Assembly (NCBI RefSeq): GCF_009914755.1
Contig: NC_060939.1
Strand: one strand, 5' to 3'
DNA from: the human T2T-CHM13v2.0 reference genome, Homo sapiens
DNA: 64,000 nt
Positions 14,501-29,800 of this stretch are shown here, piece by piece. A model generated the notes under the pieces. That model worked only from the letters and a program-made list of their open reading frames with translations. It searched no databases and had not been told where the DNA came from. A program made the translations under genes and the position numbers. Numbering within the stretch: position 1 is the stretch's first letter; each line of letters opens with the position of its first letter.

Positions 14501-15960
14501 TTCCATCCGATTCCATTACATTCTTTTCATTTCTTATCCATTTCAAGCCATTCCACTCCATTCCATTCCACTCGTTTCCTTTCCATTCGAGTCCATTCCT
14601 CTCCAGTCCATTCCGTTCAATCCATTCCATTCCAGTCCATTCCATTCGAGTCCGTTCCATTCCAGTCCATTCCATTCGAGTCAATTCCATCCCATTCGAT
14701 GTCTTTCCATAACGATCCATTCCATTCTATTCCTTTCGATTCCATTCCATTCTATTTCATTCCATTCGATTCCCTTCCATTGGACTCCTTTCCATTCGAG
14801 TGCATTCCATTCCGTTCCATTTCTTTCCGTTCTGTACGATTCCTACCGTTCGATTTCATTTTCTTCCAGTCCATTCCTTTCGCGTCCATTCCATTCCATT
14901 TCACTCCATTCGATTCCATTCCACTCGATTCCACTTCGTTCCATTTCATTGCATTCCATTCTATTCAACTCTATTGCCTTCCATTACATTCCATTCGATT
15001 ACATTCCATGCGATTCCATTCGAAATCGAATCAATTACATTGCAATCCATTACTATTGAGTCCGTTTTATTCCAGTCCACTGCATTCTGGTCCATTCCAT
15101 TTGATTCCATTCCATTCTACTCCATTCCATACAGTTGCATTCCATTGGATTCCATGCTATATCTATAAATTCAATTCGAGACCATTGCTTTTGAGTCCAT
15201 TCTATATGATTCCATTCCATTCAAGTCCATTACATTTGGTTCAATTCCATTCCATTCCATTCCCTTCCATTCCATTCCAGTTGATATCAATCCATTCGAT
15301 TCCATTCCATTCGAGCACATTCCATTCGAGTCCATTCCATTCGATGCCATTCCATTTGATTCTATTCCATTAGTCTCCATTCAATTCCATTAATCTCCAT
15401 TCCATTCCATTCTACTCCAACTGATTCCATTCCATTATACTCCTTTCCATTCCATTTCATTCCATTCCATTCCATTTCATTCCATTCCATTCCATTCGTG
15501 TCCATTCCACTCCAGTCCATTCCATTCGTGTCCATTCCATTCCAGTCCATTCCATTTGTGTCCCCTGCATTCCATTACACTCCATTCCATATTATTCCAT
15601 TACACTCCATTCAATTCTATTACTTTCATTTCCATTCAATTCCATTCCATTTGATTCCATTCCACTCGGTTTCATTCCATTTGAGTCCACTCCATTCCAT
15701 TCCATTCCATTCCATTCAGTTCCATTCCATTCTGTTCCATTCCATTCCGTTCCATTACATTCCATTCCATTCGGTTCCATTCCATATTGTTCCATTCGAT
15801 TCCATTCGAATCCATTCCATTCCAGTCCATTCCATTCGATTCCATTCCATTCATTTCAATTCCATTCCATTCCATTCCATTACATTCCACTTGATTCCTC
15901 TCCATTCCCTTCCACTGCATTCCGTTCGATTCCATTCCATTGCATTGCATTCCATTCCAT
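11520..15960 (+). repeat. Multi-unit duplication, copy 1 (most of U7 to U9); copy 2 at ~22390-26820
   Basis: More than 10 rare variants shared at a 10857 bp offset, e.g. GTTAAATTCC 12121/22978, TTATTTTCAA 13411/24268, GGTACTATT 13984/24841, TTCAAATAAG 14331/25188. Confidence 0.92.
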
Positions 15961-18900
15961 TGGATTGCATTCCATTCGATTCCATTCCATTCGAATCAAT
16001 TACATAGCAATCCATTACATTCGAGTCTATTCTATTCCGTTCCATTCGATTTCGTTCCAATCCATTCGATTCCATTCCATTCGATTCCATTCCATACTAT
16101 TGCATTCCATTCGATTACATTATATTCGAATAAGTTCCATTCAAGACCATTTCTTTTGAGTCCATTCTATTTGAGTCCATTCCCTTTGATTCCATAACAT
16201 TTGAGTCCATTCAATTCCATTCCTTTCGTTTCCATTCCATTTGATGCCATTCCATTCAATTCTGTTCTACTCGACTCCAATACATTCAATTCCATTCCAT
16301 CCGATTCCATTACATTCTTTTCATTTCTTATCCATTTCAAGCCATTCCACTCCATTCCATTCCACTCGTTTCCTTTCCATTCGAGTCCATTCCTCTCCAG
16401 TCCATTCCGTTCAATCCATTCCATTCCAGTCCATTCCATTCGAGTCCGTTCCATTCCAGTCCATTCCATTCGAGTCAATTCCATCCCATTCGATGTCTTT
16501 CCATAACGATCCATTCCATTCTATTCCTTTCGATTCCATTCCATTCTATTTCATTCCATTCGATTCCCTTCCATTGGACTCCTTTCCATTCGAGTGCATT
16601 CCATTCCATTCCATTTCTTTCCGTTCTGTACGATTCCTACTGTTCGATTTCATTTTGTTCCAGTCCATTCCTTTCGCGTCCATTCCATTCCATTTCACTC
16701 CATTCGATTCCATTCCACTCGATTCCACTTCGTTCCATCTCATTGCATTCCATTCTATTCAACTCTATTGCCTTCCATTCCATTCCATTCGATTACATTC
16801 CATGCGATTCCATTCGAAATCGAATCAATTACATTGCAATCCATTACTATTGAGTCCATTTTATTCCAGTCCACTGCATTCTGGTCCATTCCATTTGATT
16901 CCATTCCATTCTATTCCATTCCATACAGTTGCATTCCATTGGATTCCATTCTATATCTATAAATACAATTCGAGACCATTGCTTTTGAGTCCATTCTATA
17001 TGATTCCATTCCATTCAAGTCCATTACATTTGGTTCAATTCCATTCCATTCCATTCCCTTCCATTCCATTCCAGTTGATATCAATCCATTCGATTCCATT
17101 CCATTCGAGCACATTCCATTCGAGTCCATTCCATTCGATGCCATTCCATTTGATTCTATTCCATTAGTCTCCATTCAATTCCATTAATCTCCATTCCATT
17201 CCATTCTACTCCAACTGATTCCCTTCCATTCTATTCCTTTCCATTCCATTTCATTCCATTCCATTCCATTCGCTTACATTCCATTCGTTTCCATTCCACT
17301 CCAGTCCATTCCATTCGTGTCCATTCCATTCCAGTCCATTCCATTTGTGTCCACTGCATTCCATTCCACTCCATTCCATATTATTCCATTACACTCCATT
17401 CCATTCTATTACTTTCATTTCCATTCAATTCCATTCCATTTGATTCCACTCCACTCGGTTTCATTCCATTTGAGTCCACTCCATTCCATTCCATTCCATT
17501 CCATTCCATTCAGTTCCATTCCATTCTGTTCCGTTCCATTCCATTCTGTTCCATTCCATTCCGTTCCATTGCATTCCATTCCATTCGGTACCATTCCATA
17601 TTGTTCCATTCGATTCCATTCGAATCCATTCCATTCCAGTCCATTCCATTCGATTCCATTCCATTCCTTTCAATTCCATTCCATTCCATTCCATTCCACT
17701 TGATTCCACTCCATTCCCTTCCACTGCATTCCATTCGATTCCATTCCATTGCATTTCATTCCATTCCATTGGACTGCATTCCATTCGATTCCATTCCATT
17801 CGAATCAATTACATAGCAATCCATTACATTCGAGTCTATTCTATTCCGTTCCATTCGATTTCGTTCCAATCCATTCGATTCCACTCCATTCGATTCCATT
17901 CCATACTATTGCATTCCATTCTATTACATTATATTCGAATAAGTTCCATTCAAGACCATTTCTTTTGAGTCCATTCTATTTGAGTCCATTCCTTTGATTC
18001 CATAACATTTGAGTCCATTCAATTCCATTCCTTTCGTTTCCATTCCATTTGATGCCATTCCATTCAATTCTGTTCTACTCGACTCCAATACATTCAATTC
18101 CATTCCATCCGATTCCATTACATTCTTTTCATTTCTTATCCATTTCAAGCCATTCCACTCCACTCCATTCCACTCGTTTCCTTTCCATTCGAGTCCATTC
18201 CTCTCCAGTCCATTCCGTTCAATCCATTCCATTCCAGTCCATTCCATTCGAGTCCGTTCCATTCCAGTCCATTCCATTCGAGTCAATTCCATCCCATTCG
18301 ATATCTTTCCATAACGATCCATTCCATTCTATTCCTTTCGATTCCATTCCATTCTATTTCATTCCATTCGATTCCCTTCCATTGGACTCCTTTCCATTCG
18401 AGTGCATTCCATTCCGTTCCATTTCTTTCCGTTCTTTACGATTCCTACCGTTCGATTTCATTTTGTTCCAGTCCATTCCTTTCGCGTCCATTCCATTCCA
18501 TTTCACTCCATTCGATTCCATTCCACTCGATTCCACTTCGTTCCATTTCATTGCATTCCATTCTATTCAACTCTATTGCCTTCCATTCCATTCCATTCGA
18601 TTACATTCCATGCGATTCCATTCGAAATCGAATCAATTAAATTGCAATCCATTACTATTCAGTCCGTTTTATTCCAGTCCACTGCATTCTGGTCCATTCC
18701 ATTTGATTCCATTCCATTTTATTCCATTCCATACAGTTGCATTCCTTTGGATTCCATGCTATATCTATAAATTCAATTCGAGACCATTGCTTTTGCGTCC
18801 ATTCTATATGTTTCCATTCCATTCAAGTCCATTACATTTGGTTCAATTCCATTCCATTCCATTCCCTTCCATTCCATTCCAGTTGATATCAATCCATTCG

Positions 18901-19375
18901 ATTCCATTCCATTCGAGCACATTCCATTCGAGTCCATTCCATTCGATGCCATTCCATTTGATTCTATTCCATTAGTCTCCATTCAATTCCATTAATCTCC
19001 ATTCCATTCCATTCTACTCCAACTGATTCCATTCCATTCTATTCCTTTCCATTCCATTTCATTCCATTCCATTCCATTTCATTCCATTCCATTCCATTCG
19101 TGTCCCTTCCACTCCAGTCCATTCCATTCGTGTCCATTCCATTCCAGTCCATTCCGTTTGTGTCCACTGCATTCCATTCCACTCCATTCCATATTATTCC
19201 ATTACACTCCATTCCATTCTATTACTTTCATTTCCATTCAATTCCATTCCATTTGATTCCATTCCACTCGGTTTCATTCCATTTGAGTCCACTCCATTCC
19301 ATTCCATTCCATTCCATTCAGTTCCATTCCATTCTGTTCCATTCCATTCCGTTCCATTACATTCCATTCCATTCG

Positions 19376-19405
19376 GTACCATTCCATATTGTACCATTCC
19401 ATATT
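19376..19405 (+). repeat. 15 bp tandem duplication GTACCATTCCATATT x2 at the KpnI site of U11
   Basis: Read directly: gtaccattccatatt gtaccattccatatt. Seen only in U11. Confidence 0.88.
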
Positions 19406-20310
19406 GTTCCATTCGATTCCATTCGAATCCATTCCATTCCAGTCCATTCCATTCGATTCCATTCCATTCATTTCAATTCCATTCCATTCCATTCCATTCC
19501 ATTCCACTTGATTCCTCTCCATTCCCTTCCACTGCATTCCGTTCGATTCCATTCCATTGCATTGCATTCCATTCCATTGGATTGCATTCCACTCGATTCC
19601 ATTCCATTCGAATCAATTACATAGCAATCCATTACATTCGAGTCTATTCTATTCCGTTCCATTCGATTTCGTTCCAATCCATTCGATTCCATTCCATTCG
19701 ATTCCATTCCATACTATTGCATTCCATTCGATTACATTATATTCGAATAAGTTCCATTCAAGACCATTTCTTTTGAGTCCATTCTATTTGAGTCCATTCC
19801 CTTTGATTCCATAACATTTGAGTCCATTCAATTCCATTCCTTTCGTTTCCATTCCATTTGATGCCATTCCATTCAATTCTGTTCTACTCGACTCCAATAC
19901 ATTCAATTCCATTCCATCCGATTCCATTACATTCTTTTCATTTCTTATCCATTTCAAGCCATTCCACTCCATTCCATTCCACTCGTTTCCTTTCCATTCG
20001 AGTCCATTCCTCTCCAGTCCATTCCGTTCAATCCATTCCATTCCAGTCCATTCCATTCGAGTCCGTTCCATTCCAGTCCATTCCATTCGAGTCAATTCCA
20101 TCCCATTCGATGTCTTTCCATAACGATCCATTCCATTCTATTCCTTTCGATTCCATTCCATTCTATTTCATTCCATTCGATTCCCTTCCATTGGACTCCT
20201 TTCCATTCGAGTGCATTCCATTCCGTTCCATTTCTTTCCGTTCTGTACGATTCCTACCGTTCGATTTCATTTTGTTCCAGTCCATTCCTTTCGCGTCCAT
20301 TCCATTCCAT

Positions 20311-20360
20311 TTCACTCCATTCGATTCCATTCCATTTCACTCCATTCGATTCCATTCCAC
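20311..20360 (+). repeat. 25 bp tandem duplication TTCACTCCATTCGATTCCATTCCA(T/C), also in U13 (~22144-22193) and U16 (27551-27600)
   Basis: TTTCACTCCATTCG appears twice, 25 bp apart, only in U12, U13 and U16. Confidence 0.9.
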
Positions 20361-22389
20361 TCGATTCCACTTCGTTCCATTTCTTTGCATTCCATTCTAT
20401 TCAACTCTATTGCCTTCCATTCCCTTCCATTCGATTACATTCCATGCGATTCCATTCGAAATCGAATCAATTACATTGCAATCCATTACTATTGAGTCCG
20501 TTTTATTCCAGTCCACTGCATTCTGGTCCATTCCATTTGATTCCATTCCATTCTATTCCATTCCATACAGTTGCATTCCATTGGATTCCATTCTATATCT
20601 ATAAATTCAATTCGAGACCATTGCTTTTGAGTCCATTCTATATGATTCCATTCCATTCAAGTCCATTACATTTGGTTCAATTCCATTCCATTTCATTCCC
20701 CTCAATTCCATTCCATTTGATATCAATCCATTCGATTCCATTCCATTCGAGCACATTCCATTCGAGTCCATTCCATTCGATGCCATTCCATTTGATTCTA
20801 TTCCATTAGTCTCCATTCAATTCCAATAATCTCCATTCCATTCCATTCTACTCCAACTGATTCCATTCCATTCTATTCCTTTCCATTCCATTTCATTCCA
20901 TTCCATTCCATTTCATTCCATTCCATTCCATTCCCTTCATTCCATTCGTGTCCATTCCACTCCATTCCATTCCATTCGTGTCCATTCCATTCCAGTCCAT
21001 TCCATTTGTGTCCACTGCATTCCATTCCACTCCATTCCATATTATTCCATTACACTCTCTTCCATTCTATTACTTTCATTTCCATTCAATTCCATTCCAT
21101 TTGATTCCATTCCACTCGGTTTCATTCCATTTGAGTCCACTCCATTCCATTCCATTCCATTCCATTCAGTTCCATTCCATTCTGTTCCATTCCATTCCGT
21201 TCCATTACATTCCATTCCATTCGGTACCATTCCATATTGTTCCATTCGATTCCATTCGAATCCATTCCATTCCAGTCCATTCCATTCGATTCCATTCCAT
21301 TCATTTCAATTCCATTCCATTCCATTCCATTCCATTCCACTTGATTCCTCTCCATTCCCTTCCACTGCATTCCGTTCGATTCCATTCCATTGCATTGCAT
21401 TCCATTCCATTGGATTGCATTCCACTCGATTCCATTCCATTCGAATCAATTACATAGCAATCCATTACATTCGAGTCTATTCTATTCCGTTCCATTCGAT
21501 TTCGTTCCAATCCATTCGATTCCATTCCATTCGATTCCATTCCATACTATTGCATTCCATTCGATTACATTATATTCGAATAAGTTCCATTCAAGACCAT
21601 TTCTTTTGAGTCCATTCTATTTGAGTCCATTCCCTTTGATTCCATAACATTTGAGTCCATTCAATTCCATTCCTTTCGTTTCCATTCCATTTGATGCCAT
21701 TCCATTCAATTCTGTTCTACTCGACTCCAATACATTCAATTCCATTCCATCCGATTCCATTACATTCTTTTCATTTCTTATCCATTTCAAGCCATTCCAC
21801 TCCATTCCATTCCACTCGTTTCCTTTCCATTCGAGTCCATTCCTCTCCAGTCCATTCCGTTCAATCCATTCCATTCCAGTCCATTCCATTCGAGTCCGTT
21901 CCATTCCAGTCCATTCCATTCGAGTCAATTCCATCCCATTCGATGTCTTTCCATAACGATCCATTCCATTCTATTCCTTTCGATTCCATTCCATTCTATT
22001 TCATTCCATTCGATTCCCTTCCATTGGACTCCTTTCCATTCGAGTGCATTCCATTCCGTTCCATTTCTTTCCGTTCTGTACGATTCCTACCGTTCGATTT
22101 CATTTTCTTCCAGTCCATTCCTTTCGCGTCCATTCCATTCCATTTCACTCCATTCGATTCCATTCCATTTCACTCCATTCGATTCCATTCCACTCGATTC
22201 CACTTCGTTCCATTTCATTGCATTCCATTCTATTCAACTCTATTGCCTTCCATTCCATTCCATTCGATTACATTCCATGCGATTCCATTCGAAATCGAAT
22301 CAATTACATTGCAATCCATTACTATTGAGTCCGTTTTATTCCAGTCCACTGCATTCTGGTCCATTCCATTTGATTCCATTCCATTCTAT

Positions 22390-25300
22390 TCCATTCCATC
22401 CAGTTGCATTCCATTGGATTCCATGCTATATCTATAAATTCAATTCGAGACCATTGCTTTTGAGTCCATTCTATATGATTCCATTCCATTCAAGTCCATT
22501 ACATTTGGTTCAATTCCATTCCATTCCATTCCCTTCCATTCCATTCCATTTGATATCAATCCATTCGATTCCATTCCATTCGAGCACATTCAATTCGAGT
22601 CCATTCCATTCGATGCAATTCCATTTGATTCTATTCCATTAGTCTCCATTCAATTCCATTAATCTCCATTCCATTCCATTCTACTTCAACTGATTCCATT
22701 CCATTCTATTCCTTTCCATTCCATTTCATTCCATTCCATTCCATTTCATTCCATTCCATTCCATTCGTGTCCATTCCACTCCAGTCCATTCCATTCGTGT
22801 CCATTCCATTCCAGTCCATTCCATTTGTGTCCACTGCCTTCCATTCCACTCCATTCCATATTATTCCATTACACTCCATTCCATTCTATTACTTTCCTTT
22901 CCATTCAATTCCATTCCATTTGATTCCATTCCACTCGGTTTCATTCCATTTGAGTCCACTCCATTCCATTCCATTCAGTTAAATTCCATTCTGTTCCATT
23001 CCATTCCGTTCCATTACATTCCATTCCATTCGGTACCATTGCATATTGTTCCATTCGATTCCATTCGAATCCATTCCATTCCAGTCCATTCCATTCGATT
23101 CCATTCCATTCATTTCAATTCCATTCCATTCCATTCCATTACATTCCACTTGATTCCTCTCCATTCCCTTCCACTGCATTCCGTTCGATTCCATTCCATT
23201 GCATTGCATTCCATTCCATTTTATTGCATTCCATTCGATTCCATTCCATTCGAATCAATTACATAGCAATCCATTACATTCGAGTCTATTCTATTCCGTT
23301 CCATTCGATTTCGTTCCAATCCATTTGATTCCATTCCATTCGATTTCATTCCATACTATTGCATTCCATTCGATTACATTATATTCGAATAAGTTCCATT
23401 CAAGACCATTTCTTTTGAGTCCATTCTATTTGAGTCCATTCCCTTTGATTCCATAACATTTGAGTCCATTCAATTCCATTCCTTTCGTTTCCATTCCATT
23501 TGATGCCATTCCATTCAATTCTGTTCTACTCGACTCCAATACATTCAATTCCATTCCATCCGATTCCATTACATTCTTTTCATTTCTTATCCATTTCAAG
23601 CCATTCCACTCCATACCATTCCACTCGTTTCCTTTCCATTCGAGTCCATTCCTCTCCAGTCCATTCCGTTCAATCCATTCCATTCCAGTCCATTCCATTC
23701 GAGTCCGTTCCATTCCAGTCCATTCCATTCGAGTCAATTCCATCCCATTCGATGTCTTTCCATAACGATCCATTCCATTCTATTCCTTTCGATTCCATTC
23801 CATTCTATTTCATTCCATTCGATTCCCTTCCATTGGACTCCTTTCCATTCGAGTGCATTCCATTCCGTTCCATTTCTTTCCGTTCTGTACGATTCCTACC
23901 TTTCGATTTCATTTTGTTCCAGTCCATTCCTTTCGCGTCCATTCCATTCCATTTCACTCCATTCGATTCCATTCCACTCGATTCCACTTCGTTCCATTTC
24001 ATTGCATTCCATTCTATTCAACTCTATTGCCTTCCATTCCATTCCATTCGATTACATTCCATGCGATTCCATTCGAAATCGAATCAATTACATTGCAATC
24101 CATTACTATTGAGTCCATTTCATTCCAGTCCACTGCATTCTGGTCCATTCCATTTGATTCCATTCCATTCTATTCCATTCCATACAGTTGCATTCCATTG
24201 GATTCCATTCTATATCTATAAATTCAATACGAGACCATTGCTTTTGAGTCCATTCTATATGATTCCATTATTTTCAAGTCCATTACATTTGGTTCAATTC
24301 CATTCCTTTTCATTCCCTTCCATTCCATTCCAGTTGATATAAGTCCATTCGATTCCATTCCATTCGAGCACATTCCATTCGAGTCCATTCCATTCGATGC
24401 CATTCCATTTGATTCTATTCCATTAGTCTCCATTCAATTCCATTAATCTCCATTCCATTCCATTCTACTCCAACTGATTCCATTCCATTCTATTCCTTTC
24501 CATTCCATTTCATTCCATTCCATTCCATTTCATTCCATTCCATTCCATTCGCTTCCATTCCATTCGTGTCCATTCCACTCCAGTCCATTCCATTCGTGTC
24601 CATTCCATTCCATTCCATTCCATTTGTGTCCACTGCATTCCATTCCACTCCATTCCATATTATTCCATTACACTCCATTCCATTCTATTACTTTCATTTC
24701 CATTCAATTCCATTCCATTTGATTCCATTCCACTCGGTTTCATTCCATTTGAGTCCACTCCATTCCATTCCATTCCATTCCATTCAGTTCCATTCTATTC
24801 TGTTCCATTCCATTCCGTTCCATTGCATTCCATTCCATTCGGTACTATTCCATATTGTTCCATTCGATTCCATTCGAATCCATTCCATTCCAGTCCATTC
24901 CATTCGATTCCATTCCATTCCTTTCCATTCCATTCCATTCCATTCCATTCCACTTGATTCCACTCCATTCCCTTCCACTGCATTCCATTCGATTCCATTC
25001 CATTGCATTGCATTCCATTCCATTGGACTGCATTCCATTCGATTCCATTCCATTCGAATCAATTACATAGCAATCCATTACATTCGAGTCTATTCTATTC
25101 CGTTCCATTCGATTTCGTTCCAATCCATTCGATTCCATTCCATTCGATTCCATTCCATACTATTGCATTCCATTCGATTACATTATATTCAAATAAGTTC
25201 CATTCAAGACCATTTCTTTTGAGTCCATTCTATTTGAGTCCATTCCCTTTGATTCCATAACATTTGAGTCCATTCAATTCCATTCCTTTCGTTTCCATTC

Positions 25301-26820
25301 CATTTGATGCCATTCCATTCAATTCTGTTCTACTCGACTCCAATACATTCAATTCCATTCCATCCGATTCCATTACATTCTTTTCATTTCTTATCCATTT
25401 CAAGCCATTCCACTCCATTCCATTCCACTCGTTTCCTTTCCATTCGAGTCCATTCCTCTCCAGTCCATTCCGTTCAATCCATTCCATTCCAGTCCATTCC
25501 ATTCGAGTCCGTTCCATTCCAGTCCATTCCATTCGAGTCAATTCCATCCCATTTGATGTCTTTCCATAACGATCCATTCCATTCTATTCCTTTCGATTCC
25601 ATTCCATTCTATTTCATTCCATTCGATTCCCTTCCATTGGACTCCTTTCCATTCGAGTGCATTCCATTCCGTTCCATTTCTTTCCGTTCTGTACGATTCC
25701 TACCGTTCGATTTCATTTTCTTCCAGTCCATTCCTTTCGCGTCCATTCCATTCCATTTCACTCCATTCGATTCCATTCCACTCGATTCCACTTCGTTCCA
25801 TTTCATTGCATTCCATTCTATTCAACTCTATTGCCTTCCATTACATTCCATTCGATTACATTCCATGCGATTCCATTCGAAATCGAATCAATTACATTGC
25901 AATCCATTACTATTGAGTCCGTTTTATTCCAGTCCACTGCATTCTGGTCCATTCCATTTGATTCCATTCCATTCTACTCCATTCCATACAGTTGCATTCC
26001 ATTGGATTCCATGCTATATCTATAAATTCAATTCGAGACCATTGCTTTTGAGTCCATTCTATATGATTCCATTCCATTCAAGTCCATTACATTTGGTTCA
26101 ATTCCATTCCATTCCATTCCCTTCCATTCCATTCCATTTGATATCAATCCATTCGATTCCATTCCATTCGAGCACATTCCATTCGAGTCCATTCCATTCG
26201 ATGCCATTCCATTTGATTCTATTCCATTAGTCTCCATTCAATTCCATTAATCTCCATTCCATTCCATTCTACTCCAACTGATTCCATTCCATTATACTCC
26301 TTTCCATTCCATTTCATTCCATTCCATTCCATTTCATTCCATTCCATTCCATTCGTGTCCATTCCACTCCAGTCCATTCCATTCGTGTCCATTCCATTCC
26401 AGTCCATTCCATTTGTGTCCCCTGCATTCCATTACACTCCATTCCATATTATTCCATTACACTCCATTCCATTCTATTACTTTCATTTCCATTCAATTCC
26501 ATTCCATTTGATTCCATTCCACTCGGTTTCATTCCATTTGAGTCCACTCCATTCCATTCCATTCCATTCCATTCAGTTCCATTCCATTCTGTTCCATTCC
26601 ATTCCGTTCCATTACATTCCATTCCATTCGGTTCCATTCCATATTGTTCCATTCGATTCCATTCGAATCCATTCCATTCCAGTCCATTCCATTCGATTCC
26701 ATTCCATTCATTTCAATTCCATTCCATTCCATTCCATTACATTCCACTTGATTCCTCTCCATTCCCTTCCACTGCATTCCGTTCGATTCCATTCCATTGC
26801 ATTGCATTCCATTCCATTGG
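22390..26820 (+). repeat. Multi-unit duplication, copy 2 (most of U13 to U15)
   Basis: Same diagnostic variants as 11520-15960. Unit lengths 1804 and 1794 repeat (U8/U14, U9/U15). Confidence 0.92.
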
Positions 26821-29800
26821 ATTGCATTCCACTCGATTCCATTCCATTCGAATCAATTACATAGCAATCCATTACATTCGAGTCTATTCTATTCCGTTCC
26901 ATTCGATTTCGTTCCAATCCATTCGATTCCATTCCATTCGATTCCATTCCATACTATTGCATTCCATTCGATTACATTATATTCGAATAAGTTCCATTCA
27001 AGACCATTTCTTTTGAGTCCATTCTATTTGAGTCCATTCCCTTTGATTCCATAACATTTGAGTCCATTCAATTCCATTCCTTTCGTTTCCATTCCATTTG
27101 ATGCCATTCCATTCAATTCTGTTCTACTCGACTCCAATACATTCAATTCCATTCCATCCGATTCCATTACATTCTTTTCATTTCTTATCCATTTCAAGCC
27201 ATTCCACTCCATTCCATTCCACTCGTTTCCTTTCCATTCGAGTCCATTCCTCTCCAGTCCATTCCGTTCAATCCATTCCATTCCAGTCCATTCCATTCGA
27301 GTCCGTTCCATTCCAGTCCATTCCATTCGAGTCAATTCCATCCCATTCGATGTCTTTCCATAACGATCCATTCCATTCTATTCCTTTCGATTCCATTCCA
27401 TTCTATTTCATTCCATTCGATTCCCTTCCATTGGACTGCTTTCCATTCGAGTGCATTCCATTCCGTTCCATTTCTTTCCGTTCTGTACGATTCCTACCGT
27501 TCGATTTCATTTTGTTCCAGTCCATTCCTTTCGCGTCCATTCCATTCCATTTCACTCCATTCGATTCCATTCCATTTCACTCCATTCGATTCCATTCCAC
27601 TCGATTCCACTTCGTTCCATTTCATTGCATTCCATTCTATTCAACTCTATTGCCTTCCATTCCCTTCCATTCGATTACATTCCATGCGATTCCATTCGAA
27701 ATCGAATCAATTACATTGCAATCCATTACTATTGAGTCCGTTTTATTCCAGTCCACTGCATTCTGGTCCATTCCATTTGATTCCATTCCATTCTATTCCA
27801 TTCCATACAGTTGCATTCCATTGGATTCCATTCTATATCTATAAATTCAATTCGAGACCATTGCTTTTGAGTCCATTCTATATGATTCCATTCCATTCAA
27901 GTCCATTACATTTGGTTCAATTCCATTCCATTTCATTCCCCTCAATTCCATTCCATTTGATATCAATGCATTCGATTCCATTCCATTCGAGCACATTCCA
28001 TTCGAGTCCATTCCATTCGATGCCATTCCATTTGATTCTATTCCATTAGTCTCCATTCAATTCCATTAATCTCCATTCCATTCCATTCTACTCCAACTGA
28101 TTCCATTCCATTCTATTCCTTTCCATTCCATTTCATTCCATTCCATTCCATTTCATTCCATTCCATTCCATTCCCTTCATTCCATTCGTGTCCATTCCAC
28201 TCCAGTCCATTCCATTCGTGTCCATTCCATTCCAGTCCATTCCATTTGTGTCCACTGCATTCCATTCCACTCCATTCCATATTATTCCATTACACTCTCT
28301 TCCATTCTATTACTTTCATTTCCATTCAATTCCATTCCATTTGATTCCATTCCACTCGGTTTCATTCCATTTGAGTCCACTCCATTCCATTCCATTCCAT
28401 TCCATTCAGTTCCATTCCATTCTGTTCCATTCCATTCCGTTCCATTACATTCCATTCCATTCGGTACCATTCCATATTGTTCCATTCGATTCCATTCGAA
28501 TCCATTCCATTCCAGTCCATTCCATTCGATTCCATTCCATTCATTTCAATTCCATTCCATTCCATTCCATTCCATTCCACTTGACTCCTCTCCATTCCCT
28601 TCCACTGCATTCCGTTCGATTCCATTCCATTGCATTGCATTCCATTCCATTGGATTGCATTCCATTCGATTCCATTCCATTCGAATCAATTACATAGCAA
28701 TCCATTACATTCGAGTCTATTCTATTCCGTTCCATTCGATTTCGTTCCAATCCATTCGATTCCATTCCATTCGATTCCATTCCATACTATTGCATTCCAT
28801 TCGATTACATTATATTCGAATAAGTTCCATTCAAGACCATTTCTTTTGAGTCCATTCTATTTTAGTCCATTCCCTTTGATTCCATAACATTTGAGTCCAT
28901 TCAATTCCATTCCTTTCGTTTCCATTCCATTTGATGCCATTCCATTCAATTCGGTTCTACTCGACTCCAATACATTCAATTCCATTCCATCCGATTCCAT
29001 TACATTCTTTTCATTTCTTATCCATTTCAAGCCATTCCACTCCATTCCATTCCACTCGTTTCCTTTCCATTCGAGTCCATTCCTCTCCAGTCCATTCCGT
29101 TCAATCCATTCCATTCCAGTCCATTCCATTCGAGTCCGTTCCATTCCAGTCCATTCCATTCGAGTCAATTCCATTCCATTCGATGTCTTTCCATAACGAT
29201 CCATTCCATTCTATTCCTTTCGATTCCATTCCATTCTATTTCATTCCATTCGATTCCCTTCCATTGGACTCCTTTCCATTCGAGTGCATTCCATTCCTTT
29301 CCATTTCTTTCCGTTCTGTACGATTCCTACCGTTCGATTTCATTTTGTTCCAGTCCATTCCTTTCGCGTCCATTCCATTCCATTTCACTCCATTCGATTC
29401 CATTCCACTCGATTCCACTTCGTTCCATTTCATTTCATTCCATTCTATTCAACTCTATTGCCTTCCATTCCATTCCATTCGATTACATTCCATGCGATTC
29501 CATTCGAAATCGAATCAATTACATTGCAATCCATTACTATTGAGTCCGTTTTATTCCAGTCCACTGCATTCTGGTCCATTCCATTTGATTCCATTCCATT
29601 CTATTCCATTCCATACAGTTGCATTCCATTGGATTCCATGCTATATCTATAAATTCAATTCGAGACCATTGCTTTTGAGTCCATTCTATATGATTCCATT
29701 CCATTCAAGTCCATTACATTTGGTTCAATTCCATTCCATTCCATTCCCTTCCATTCCATTCCAGTTGATATCAATCCATTCGATTCCATTCCATTCGAGC

